Shown: piece by piece, positions 29,618-38,498 of the stretch | Position numbering within the stretch: position 1 is the first letter of the stretch | Layout of the letters: each line of letters begins with the position of its first letter | NCBI GenBank assembly: GCA_027858965.1 | Contig: JAQIBS010000018.1 | Location: 18,550 to 82,549, forward strand | Origin: Kiritimatiellia bacterium | Lineage (GTDB): Bacteria > Verrucomicrobiota > Kiritimatiellia > RFP12 > UBA1067 | DNA: 64,000 nt | Direction of reading: 5' to 3' | Position numbers and translations under genes: made by a program | The notes under the pieces: generated by a model | The model's database searches: none | What the model was told of the DNA's origin: nothing | The model's input: only the letters and a program-made list of their open reading frames with translations

Positions 29618-30946
29618 ATGAAATTAAAAAACAAATTACTGGCTAATCTAGTGAAGGTCTCTTTCATTATGCTGGCTTTTGCAATGCAGGCAGCGCCTGT
29701 GCCTGTCACTGGCGTGTCAACCACACCTGGATTTGGCGGGGGTATCCCGCTCGGTAGCGGGCGGGTGTTGAATTATGTTGAGATTTCGAATGTTTGGTAC
29801 AATGTCAGAGGTGCCACATGTACTGAGTGTAATGCAGGATCAGCCGAAGGTGCGGTAAACGAAACTCAGCCAACCAGTCGTCTGGTTGCCCTGAGCGGGC
29901 TGAAAATTACGCAGTCTGTGCTCAATATCAAAAGCAGCGGCGCGAAGTTTGATCTGGGCATGACTGTTTCAAATAATACTACTCGGATTCTGTTCAGTGA
30001 AGTTGCGGCGAATACACAGTCAACAGGCGATTATATTACAATTTATCCGACCACTAACGGAGTTGTCGTCGGCTCCTGGAAGCTGGATATTGTGGCTGCA
30101 GATTATGCCGATACCGTTCTTGCATGGCAAGGTGTCACAGGCAGCTATCTATTCCGATCTTTTATAACATCATTCACTCTGAGTGATTTCTCGGGCGATA
30201 CAGGAACTCTGCTTTTCGATGGTTTTAAGATATCCGGTAATAATGATGTTGACCCCAACTTTGCCGCTATATTGCAAGAACCTGCGTCTGCTCCAATATC
30301 GAGTACGCCCATCCCGGCGACCGGAATTTTTTCGCCGGGCTTTGTTATTTCTCCTGAGACGAACCTTCAGACACTTGTTGGAATCGTCACCAGTAATGGA
30401 ACTTCCCGGCAGGTCAGCAGCCTTTCATGTGTAAGGGTGACAAACGGTGGTGCCTACCTGACTGATACTAATAATCCGCCTACAAAGCTTGAAGTTCTTT
30501 CAGAGTTGTCTTTCACAGAGGTCATTGCAAATGCATCCGGCATGGAATTTGAAATCGGGAGGACTGTTAATAGTGATGACGGAGTTCGTTTTTTTCTGAG
30601 TGAGTGTGATGTCAGGGACTCTGGGACAGATGATGTTGTTATTGTTTATCCGCTTTATGAGGGAGAGAGAATTGATAATTGGTGCCTCGAGTTCCAGTCA
30701 TCGGATTATGGTGAACCGACTCCGGATTGGAGTGCACAGCTGTTGGGAGGGGGCCATGAGCCGACCTTCTATGGTTCGCTGACAAGCTTTGCTCTGAGTG
30801 ATTTCACAAATGGACCACCCATTGCTCTGACTGGTGTCAACGGTTTTGAGGTCAAATGTCCCACTATCGACAATCTGACAGCCGATATCAGCGTTTTCGG
30901 CATGTATGAGATGCCACCTGAGGGCACGATTATTTTGGTACAATAA
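29618..30946 (+). CDS. Secreted protein of unknown function with two tandem ~190-aa beta-rich domains; ends in GTIILVQ
   Basis: Signal peptide ending AMQA; visible internal duplication; paralog of 31068-32369. Confidence 0.8.
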   Translation: MKLKNKLLANLVKVSFIMLAFAMQAAPVPVTGVSTTPGFGGGIPLGSGRVLNYVEISNVWYNVRGATCTECNAGSAEGAVNETQPTSRLVALSGLKITQSVLNIKSSGAKFDLGMTVSNNTTRILFSEVAANTQSTGDYITIYPTTNGVVVGSWKLDIVAADYADTVLAWQGVTGSYLFRSFITSFTLSDFSGDTGTLLFDGFKISGNNDVDPNFAAILQEPASAPISSTPIPATGIFSPGFVISPETNLQTLVGIVTSNGTSRQVSSLSCVRVTNGGAYLTDTNNPPTKLEVLSELSFTEVIANASGMEFEIGRTVNSDDGVRFFLSECDVRDSGTDDVVIVYPLYEGERIDNWCLEFQSSDYGEPTPDWSAQLLGGGHEPTFYGSLTSFALSDFTNGPPIALTGVNGFEVKCPTIDNLTADISVFGMYEMPPEGTIILVQ

Positions 30947-30960
30947 TTAAAATCAATCTA

Positions 30961-31023
30961 CATCCACGGTGTAACGGCGGATATACTGTATGGTTCGGTA
31001 TGTTCGCCGCTATGCGGCGGATG
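30961..31023. repeat. Dispersed hairpin repeat (homolog of 14646-14707)
   Basis: CATCCACGGTGTAACGGCGGATATAC...GTATGTTCGCCGCTATGCGGCGGATG. Confidence 0.7.
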
Positions 31024-31067
31024 TATAAATAATCATGCTATGGATAAGTCCTGTCAAAGGAGAAATT

Positions 31068-32369
31068 ATGAAAATTAAATCCAGAAATATTATGATGGCA
31101 TCTTTTGCCATGATGGCATTTGCAATACAAGCGGCACCTATACCGGTCGATGCAATCTACTGTGATCCTGGTTTTGTGACTGGAGTTGCAGCCACAAATC
31201 GACAGAACCTCGTATATATTGCGGTTAGCAATGATGGGTATCAGGTGACAGGTGCCGTTTGTACTGAATGTACCTCTACCCGACGTGGAGGAACAACAAA
31301 CGACCTTCCTGCTTCTTCTTCTGCTGCTTTGAGCGGAGTTATATTAACTCATGTGGTTATCGATAGTTCCAACGGGGCCAAGTTCGATCTGGGTGTGACC
31401 ATTACAAATGATAATACGGGAATCGTTCTTGGTGAGATTGGCGCTTCTAATCAGACATCCGGAGACCCGATCAATGTCTACCCTCTGATAAATGGGATTC
31501 GTGTAGGAAACTGGGTGCGCCGGATCACAGCGGTAGATTACGGAATGTTTAATGCTAAGCCTTTCAGGGTGGATCGAAGTGATGGTATTCTGAATCAGAC
31601 ATTAATACCATTTTTGACTACCTTCCGACACAGTGATTTCACTAATGATACCGGTGCTCTATCATTCGATGGCATAGAAATCAATGATACCAGCAATTAT
31701 GATCCGAATATTGTCGCTGTATTTGGGGAAGCCTTAACACTCGTGACCAACAAACTGCCTGTAACCGCAATGACATTCTCTCCTGGATTTGATGAAAATC
31801 CGGAGCTGGATGGTCAGGTTCTGAAATCTATTACTACTGATGAGGGTACTTTTAGTAATATTGAGGGGTTGAGATGTGTAAGCGCCGGTGGTTCAAAATT
31901 CGGAGCTGTAAATGAAGGTGTGCCGGACCATGCCACCAATGCACTCAGTGAACTCCGATTCACCCAGGGCTCTGCCAATGTAGGCACTGCCGATTGGATT
32001 CTTGATGCGGTAGTTAATGGATCCGATTCTAATCTTCGCTTCTTTTTTGGAGAGATATCTGTATATACTTCCGTAAATCCGGATTCTGTTACAATAACTC
32101 CTTTTGTTGATGGGGTGCTTTTCAGCGATAAAACGCTTGTCATTGAATCGGGCGATTATGGAACTCCCAGCCCTGTTTGGGATAACACATACGTTAGTTT
32201 GTTTGTGGGCACTATGGTCTCATTTTCTCTTAATGATTTCCTTGACGGTGTGTTTGATGAGCCGCTTACCAACGTTACCGGTTTCCGGGTATATAGTTCA
32301 ACTGCTGATCCAAATATCTTCGGGACATATAAAATACCGTTTCCAGGAACAATCATAGTTGTTTATTAA
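31068..32369 (+). CDS. Paralogous secreted two-domain protein; ends in GTIIVVY
   Basis: AAGGAG RBS; signal peptide ending AIQA; shares GAxCTEC, ALSG, AKFDLG and SDF motifs with the upstream gene. Confidence 0.8.
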   Translation: MKIKSRNIMMASFAMMAFAIQAAPIPVDAIYCDPGFVTGVAATNRQNLVYIAVSNDGYQVTGAVCTECTSTRRGGTTNDLPASSSAALSGVILTHVVIDSSNGAKFDLGVTITNDNTGIVLGEIGASNQTSGDPINVYPLINGIRVGNWVRRITAVDYGMFNAKPFRVDRSDGILNQTLIPFLTTFRHSDFTNDTGALSFDGIEINDTSNYDPNIVAVFGEALTLVTNKLPVTAMTFSPGFDENPELDGQVLKSITTDEGTFSNIEGLRCVSAGGSKFGAVNEGVPDHATNALSELRFTQGSANVGTADWILDAVVNGSDSNLRFFFGEISVYTSVNPDSVTITPFVDGVLFSDKTLVIESGDYGTPSPVWDNTYVSLFVGTMVSFSLNDFLDGVFDEPLTNVTGFRVYSSTADPNIFGTYKIPFPGTIIVVY

Positions 32370-32465
32370 TGATTTTTATATGAAGAAGTCAGAGTTGTAG
32401 GATGTGCCTTTCGAAGAGGGCGCGTATGTTGGATAACACTGTGTTTTGAAAAAAAGGAATGAATT

Positions 32466-33338
32466 ATGAAAATTGAAATGTTATTACCCGCGGTTTTACT
32501 TCCGCTTATGCTCCTCTGTTCATGCAGGACAGTTTGTAATGATTCTGCTCAGGATGGTTTGCCCAAAGGTAAAAAGTGGAAGCTGGTATGGAGTGATGAG
32601 TTTAACGGAACTGAGCTTGATAAAACCAAGTGGGGGTTCCGCCGTCATCTGATTCAGCAGAAGCATGATACCTTCTGCGGAGAAGAGGGCGTTCAGCTGG
32701 ATGGCAAGGGCTTTATCCATTTGAATCTGATTGAAAAAGATGGACAGTTCTACTCACCGCACATGCAGACCGGTGAGAATTTTCTGGATCGTCCGGGTGA
32801 TAAACCCTACAGCCGCTTCCTCTGGCCTGTTGCGGAGATGAAACCGGCTAAATTTACGCATAGCTACGGTTACTATGAAATTCGCTGCAAGCTGCAGAAA
32901 AAACCCGGCTGGTGGTCTGCATTCTGGTTGCAGTCGCCTATTATTGGGGCTTCACTTGATGCTGAGAAAACCGGTGTTGAAATTGATATTATGGAGAATT
33001 TCACCCGCGATGGAAAAGTATCTTCTAACATCCACTGGGGTGGATATGCCAAGAATCACGAACATAAGGGCTCTGGACATATACAGCTGGATTCACAGGA
33101 TGGTTTTCGTACCTATGGTCTTGACTGGTCAAAGGATGGTTACACCTTTTATATTGACGGAGAGGTCAGCTGGAAAGCCGATGGACCGGTCTCGGATGTT
33201 GAACAGTTTATTCTGATTTCAACGGAATGCATGGGGTATCGCCAGTCAAAGGATAAACCCTCGCCGAAGTTAAAGAAGGAAAATCTGCCGGATGCTTTTG
33301 TTGTCGATTACGTCCGCGTTTACGATGAAGTGGAATAG
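32466..33338 (+). CDS. GH16 glycoside hydrolase, lipoprotein
   Basis: WKLVWSDEFNG, YGYYEIR, WSAFW, catalytic EIDIME, VDYVRVY; lipobox LCSC. Confidence 0.92.
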   Translation: MKIEMLLPAVLLPLMLLCSCRTVCNDSAQDGLPKGKKWKLVWSDEFNGTELDKTKWGFRRHLIQQKHDTFCGEEGVQLDGKGFIHLNLIEKDGQFYSPHMQTGENFLDRPGDKPYSRFLWPVAEMKPAKFTHSYGYYEIRCKLQKKPGWWSAFWLQSPIIGASLDAEKTGVEIDIMENFTRDGKVSSNIHWGGYAKNHEHKGSGHIQLDSQDGFRTYGLDWSKDGYTFYIDGEVSWKADGPVSDVEQFILISTECMGYRQSKDKPSPKLKKENLPDAFVVDYVRVYDEVE

Positions 33339-33376
33339 TTGTTGAACGTCCACAACAGCCACCAAATTCGTTTTTT

Positions 33377-33444
33377 GACAGGATTACAGGATTAACAGGA
33401 TTGGACTCAATGGCTATTAATCATGTGAATCATGTAATCCTGTC
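33377..33444. repeat. Inverted tandem 8-9-mer hairpin (ACAGGATT(A) vs AATCCTGT)
   Basis: GACAGGATTACAGGATTAACAGGATT...AATCATGTGAATCATGTAATCCTGTC. Confidence 0.8.
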
Positions 33445-33482
33445 CAGAAGTTTATATTATACAGTGCACTAGGGGGAATATT

Positions 33483-36122
33483 ATGAAGTTAATTGCGTTA
33501 ATAAATATGATTGCGGTTTTATCCGTATCTGCTTCGGTTCAATGGAGTTTTGAAAAAAAAGAAATTGAGCTTGGGGGTACGTTCGGTGTCGAATCCCGTG
33601 GCGAGCAACCGGTTTTTACAAATGAGGTTTTCAGTAAGCAGATCTTTGATGGTAGCACTTTTACCTCGCTGCAGGAAAATAATCAGCGTTCGCTTTACTT
33701 TAAGCCTACAGTAGTAACAGGGAGCGTTGCTCCTGCCGGTGGCGAACTGACAGTTGACGGCGCGAAGAAAGAGCTGCACCTTAAAACTCTGACTGTTGAA
33801 GCTTTTGTCCGGGTCGAAAAACAGCAGAAAATGTATGCTCTGATTGCCAGTAAGCGCAGGAGCAATGGTTGCACCTGGAGTATGTCGGTCACACCTGATG
33901 GTGTTTTCAGTGTCAGGCTGGATACGCAGCCAGGACCCTCCGGTCCTGGATTCAATTTCACTGTGTCTAGCGGCGCCCTTGTGAATGATGGTCTCTGGCA
34001 TCATGTCGCCATGGTCTTTAATCACGAGAACCAGCAATGCGCACTTTATGTTGATTACAAAGAGGCCAAGAGCACAACATTACAGGGGCCGCTTGTATAC
34101 GATAATGGAGTTTTTACCATTGGTCGCGGTCTTAACGGCTGGATAGATGAAGTCCGTATCAGCGATAAGCCGCTTCATCCCGAGCAGTTTCTGCGTAAAA
34201 CAAAGTTCTTTTCCGACTCTATATCCAAAAAGAAAAGCAGTTACCCTGATGTGATGGTCGACCTCACCCGCACCCGTGTGCAGAGCCCGGCAGTCCTGGA
34301 CTGGAAGAAGATCGGTACGCTCAAACCGAAAACAGTTGATGAGATACCCGGTGATTTCTGGTCGCTCGGCTGTGAGACTCTTGATCGTGATCTTGCTGAT
34401 TGGGATGCTTACAAAGGTTACCTTAAGTACCTCGGTATCAAACGTATTCGCCTGCAAGGCGGTTGGAACAAGACTGAAAAGGAAAAAGGCGTTTATGATT
34501 TTGAGTGGCTTGATCATATTGTGGATAGCGCCCATGATCTTGGAATCAAGGTCTGTCTGGAAACCTCTTATGGCAATAGACTCTATAATCCCCATGCCGG
34601 GCTCGGTCCCGGTGGATATCTTCCCGCCGGTGAGGAACTTGAGGCTTGGGATAAGTGGGTAACCGCCATGGTCAAACACTATCAGCCTAAGGGTGTTGAT
34701 GAGTGGATGATGTACAACGAGCCCAATCTGAAAAGCAAGTCCAACACTGTTGAAAGAATTGTGGCAAACAATGGACGCACAGCCGCCATTATCAAAAGCA
34801 TTGATCCTGATGCTAAGATCGGCGGTCTGGTCTGTGCTGGACTCAACACATCTCTCATAGAAAAGTGGGCTAAAGGGCTGAAAGAAAAAGATCAGCTTAA
34901 ATATTTTACATGGGTGATCTATCACGGTTATGCCGCTAACCCTGATGCGCTCAATACAGGTATGCGTAAAGCCAAGGCAATGTTGCATGAATACTCTCCA
35001 ACCTTGAAACTCTGGCAGGGAGAGGCCGGGTGCGCCTCTGAACCAGTGCAGTATGCTCTCTCAGGTGTTGAATGGACTGAGCTTTCGCACGCCAAGTGGA
35101 ATGCACGGCGCATGCTCTGTGATTTCGGCGTGGGAATTGAATCAACTGTGTTTACAATTTCCGATCTCGCCTACCATAAGAATTTCATCTCCCGTTATGG
35201 TCTGATCAAAACTAATCCTGATAACTCGATTATTAAAGTTAAAACCGTTTTCTATGTAGTCAATAACATCGTTTCAGTTTTTAATGATTCCGTTGCAATT
35301 AATAATGACTGTAAATTTGAGATAGAAGCTCAGGATAAGATCACGCGTTTTGCGTTTAAGGATAAAAAGAGCGGTTATGACTTGATAGCTTTCTGGGATG
35401 GATCCGATCTTCCTGAAAATACATGTGAGCTTGGTTCAGCTGTGGTTAAGGTAGAAAATCTGAAAATGGATACGCCGGTCTGGGTTGATATGTTGACCAG
35501 TAGGATCTATGAGATTCCTGCAGCGAACATCTCTAAGCAGGGCAGTGTTACCATTATCAAGGATGTTCCTTATCTCGACTCGCCTATTGCTCTGACAGAT
35601 CTCTCTGTGCTCACCTATGTTGAGGCGCGCAAGTCCAAGGGTGCCGCTGTACGCAAAAGAAAGAAGAAGAGTGCTGTTAAGGTGGCTGAGGTGCCGATGC
35701 GTAACTTTAAACTTTTCGGTTCGCAGAAACCGGCTCCGGCTGTTATTATTGTTGAAGGGTCTGGCGTAAATGCCAGCTGGGCTGATGCTGCAGCTGAGTG
35801 GCTGCGGGAAAATGAGATTCATGCCTTTGTATTGAGCGGTGAAAAAAACTCTCTTAAGGATGCCGTAAAGTATCTCAAATCAATGAGTATGGCATGGTCC
35901 GTTGATCCTAAACAGATTGGAGTTCTGGGCGCTTCCTCTCTTACAAAGAGCTATAAGGAAGCTGGTGCCAATTTTGTTGTAAATATTGATCAGCCTGCAA
36001 ATGCAGATAAAAAAAATACATTATTTGCAGTTGATGCAAATAATGATAAGTTTGATCTTAAAGCATTATGGCTTAAGGATCTTTTGAAATGGATTGAACC
36101 ACGTAAAACAAAGGTGTTTTAA
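33483..36122 (+). CDS. LamG-like domain + GH39-like glycoside hydrolase + degenerate alpha/beta-hydrolase tail
   Basis: LamG motifs LTVEAFV, DGLWHHVA, GWIDEVRIS; SLGCETLDRD, YNEP acid/base, WQGEAG nucleophile; tail APAVII...VDPKQIGVLGASS. Confidence 0.75.
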   Translation: MKLIALINMIAVLSVSASVQWSFEKKEIELGGTFGVESRGEQPVFTNEVFSKQIFDGSTFTSLQENNQRSLYFKPTVVTGSVAPAGGELTVDGAKKELHLKTLTVEAFVRVEKQQKMYALIASKRRSNGCTWSMSVTPDGVFSVRLDTQPGPSGPGFNFTVSSGALVNDGLWHHVAMVFNHENQQCALYVDYKEAKSTTLQGPLVYDNGVFTIGRGLNGWIDEVRISDKPLHPEQFLRKTKFFSDSISKKKSSYPDVMVDLTRTRVQSPAVLDWKKIGTLKPKTVDEIPGDFWSLGCETLDRDLADWDAYKGYLKYLGIKRIRLQGGWNKTEKEKGVYDFEWLDHIVDSAHDLGIKVCLETSYGNRLYNPHAGLGPGGYLPAGEELEAWDKWVTAMVKHYQPKGVDEWMMYNEPNLKSKSNTVERIVANNGRTAAIIKSIDPDAKIGGLVCAGLNTSLIEKWAKGLKEKDQLKYFTWVIYHGYAANPDALNTGMRKAKAMLHEYSPTLKLWQGEAGCASEPVQYALSGVEWTELSHAKWNARRMLCDFGVGIESTVFTISDLAYHKNFISRYGLIKTNPDNSIIKVKTVFYVVNNIVSVFNDSVAINNDCKFEIEAQDKITRFAFKDKKSGYDLIAFWDGSDLPENTCELGSAVVKVENLKMDTPVWVDMLTSRIYEIPAANISKQGSVTIIKDVPYLDSPIALTDLSVLTYVEARKSKGAAVRKRKKKSAVKVAEVPMRNFKLFGSQKPAPAVIIVEGSGVNASWADAAAEWLRENEIHAFVLSGEKNSLKDAVKYLKSMSMAWSVDPKQIGVLGASSLTKSYKEAGANFVVNIDQPANADKKNTLFAVDANNDKFDLKALWLKDLLKWIEPRKTKVF

Positions 36123-36901
36123 TGAATAATTTTAAAGGTAAGATTGTCTTGGTAACCGGTTCCAACCAGAATACAGGATTGGAAATTGCGGCGAGGTTTA
36201 TGGATGAGGGTGCACAGGTTATTATAACCGGTTCATCATCTGAAAAGACGGAAAAGGGGATATCCAAGCTGCGTGAACGCGGTTATTCAGATTTTACCGG
36301 GTGTCCGGCTGATATAAGATCACTCTCTGATGTCAAAGCTCTCTTTTCAATGATTAAAGAGAAATTCGGACGCCTAGATGTGTTGGTAAATAATGCCTGT
36401 AATCAGGGGATTGGAGCTTCTTTTATTGATATGGACCCTGATTTCTTTTTAAATGTTATCAAGACAAATCTGCTGGGAACCTTTCAGGTATCCCAGCAGG
36501 CTGTATGCATGATGCTGAAGCAGGAATCAAAAGGGGTTATTGTCAATCTGGGTTCCAATACTTCTACCCGTTCAATTAGAAATCGTACAGCCTATGTTGC
36601 GTCCAAGGGCGGACTTGATTCCCTGACCCGCTCCATGGCACTGGATCTGGCTCCAAAGGGTATCCGTGTTAATATGGTTGCACCTGGTTATATCTACACA
36701 GATCGCTGGGATGTACTTGATGAGGATATCAAGAAAAGACGGCGTACCAATATGCCTTGCGGAGTTGAATCAACCGGTAGAGATGTCGCCAATGCAGTGC
36801 TCTTTTTTGCATCGGATCAGGCCAAAACAATCTGCGGTGAGCGCATGGTGGTTGATTCCGGATGCACTATCCAGCTGGCGCCGGTTGATGTTGATATTTA
36901 A
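36122..36901 (+). CDS. SDR-family NAD(P)-dependent oxidoreductase
   Basis: VLVTGS..TG, LDVLVNNA, YVASKGG, GIRVNMVAPG; start overlaps the upstream stop (TAATG). Confidence 0.92.
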   Translation: MNNFKGKIVLVTGSNQNTGLEIAARFMDEGAQVIITGSSSEKTEKGISKLRERGYSDFTGCPADIRSLSDVKALFSMIKEKFGRLDVLVNNACNQGIGASFIDMDPDFFLNVIKTNLLGTFQVSQQAVCMMLKQESKGVIVNLGSNTSTRSIRNRTAYVASKGGLDSLTRSMALDLAPKGIRVNMVAPGYIYTDRWDVLDEDIKKRRRTNMPCGVESTGRDVANAVLFFASDQAKTICGERMVVDSGCTIQLAPVDVDI

Positions 36902-36957
36902 TTACTGCGCTCAATAGTCGCAGTTGATGAATGATAACTCTGGTAAGAGTGTTCAGC

Positions 36958-37011
36958 GTAGGTCCGGTATATTACCGGACTGGCAATCGTAGGTCCGGTT
37001 TTTTACCTGAC
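36958..37011. repeat. Two GTAG-type REPs
   Basis: GTAGGTCCGGTATATTACCGGAC and GTAGGTCCGGTTTTTTACCTGAC. Confidence 0.7.
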
Positions 37012-37056
37012 TCTACCGACGCAATCGGAATCTATAGCATCTTTTAAGGAAACTAA

Positions 37057-38355
37057 ATGGTCGAAAATCATAAATCCAAGTATAAATGGGAGCTGCTTGT
37101 GCTTCTCTCATTTGCATTTTTTACACATCAGGCCGGGCGTGCGGTTCTTGGTGTTGTATTGCCGCAGATTAAAGAGAGTCTCAATATTACCAGCAACAGC
37201 GACATGGGCCTTGTTTCCAGTGTTCTCTCGGTTGTGCTGGCTTTCATGATTCCTTTATCCGGCTTTATGGGGGACCGGTTGAGCCGTAAATGGATTATTA
37301 CATTTACTCTCATTATCGGTAGCGCTGCAACGGCTCTGGCCGGTGCGGCGGTCGGCCTGATAACGCTGATTCTATTTTACAGTGTAACATCTGCCAGTTG
37401 TGAAGCTCTTTATGCGCCGTCAGGATATTCACTTCTGGCATCCTTTCATAAGAATACACGTGCCATTGCCATGTCAATCCATCAGTCGGCACTCTATATC
37501 GGAGTGATGACTTGCGGAGTTCTCTCTGGTGTCATAGCTGAGGCATGGGGTTGGCGCTGGGCTTTCGCTGCCTTTGGCAGTTTCGGAGTGCTTCTGGGTT
37601 TCATCTGTATCTTTCGCCTTAAAGATGTGCCCCATGATATTGTTCATGGAGATAATGTTGCCAAACCGACAATATTAGAGTCGGTTAAAGTGCTTGTTAC
37701 AACACCAAGTGCAATTCTGCTGACGCTCGGGTTTACTTCCATTGTTTTTGTTAATAACACCTATTGCACCTGGGCACCGCTCTTTGTTCAGAATAAATTT
37801 GGTCTTTCTCTGGCAAAATCGGGAGCCTGTGTTTTTACCTACCACTATCTTGCTGCATTAATCACCATTATACTGGGTGGTTTGATAACAGATCGAATTG
37901 TCTCTAAAGATCCTTATTTCCGTTTGAAGCTGCAGACCTTTGCTCTCTTGATTGGCGCTCCTATGATCTACATGATCGGGGCATCCTCAAGTGTGACTGG
38001 CGTATGGATCTTTATGGCAGCCTATGGCGTATTCCGTGGCCTCTTTGAAGTGAACACCCATACATCACTTTTTGATGTTGTTGCCCCTCGTTACCGTGCC
38101 ACAGCTGTCGGCCTTATGACCATGACCGGTTTTCTGCTGGGTGGTACGGTTGGTCCACTGATGGTTGGCAAGCTGATGGATCACTATGGATCGGAACATG
38201 GCGTCGTTATCGGATTCCGTATTATGGCTCTGACATATGTACTGGGATCAATAGCAATGTTCATCTCATGGAAGTTTACTTTTAAACGCGACCGCATTGA
38301 AGAACCGACGGATATGACTGGTGATTTGTCTGCGGCTCAGGCAATACAGGATTAA
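37057..38355 (+). CDS. MFS transporter (sugar/sugar-acid)
   Basis: About 12 TMs; motif A GFMGDRLSRK; GWRWAF; RYRATAVG. Confidence 0.92.
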   Translation: MVENHKSKYKWELLVLLSFAFFTHQAGRAVLGVVLPQIKESLNITSNSDMGLVSSVLSVVLAFMIPLSGFMGDRLSRKWIITFTLIIGSAATALAGAAVGLITLILFYSVTSASCEALYAPSGYSLLASFHKNTRAIAMSIHQSALYIGVMTCGVLSGVIAEAWGWRWAFAAFGSFGVLLGFICIFRLKDVPHDIVHGDNVAKPTILESVKVLVTTPSAILLTLGFTSIVFVNNTYCTWAPLFVQNKFGLSLAKSGACVFTYHYLAALITIILGGLITDRIVSKDPYFRLKLQTFALLIGAPMIYMIGASSSVTGVWIFMAAYGVFRGLFEVNTHTSLFDVVAPRYRATAVGLMTMTGFLLGGTVGPLMVGKLMDHYGSEHGVVIGFRIMALTYVLGSIAMFISWKFTFKRDRIEEPTDMTGDLSAAQAIQD

Positions 38356-38490
38356 CAGAATATTACTGCTCCAGGAATTAGCTCTCACGGAGTCGCAGAG
38401 AACACGGAGAGAAAACCACTAAAGATATTACTCTGTGAACTCTGGTTAAGCCAGCTGTGAGAGATAAAAAACGTACATAAAAAACACGAG
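38346..38490 (+). mobile_element. Element-family copy (inverted homolog of 41505-41633)
   Basis: ACAGGATTAACAG.ATATTACTGCTCCA.GAATTA...CACGGAGAGAAAACCACTAAAGATATTACTCTGTGAACTCTG...AAAAAACGTACATAAAAAACA. Confidence 0.75.
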
Positions 38491-38498
38491 AATAAACT

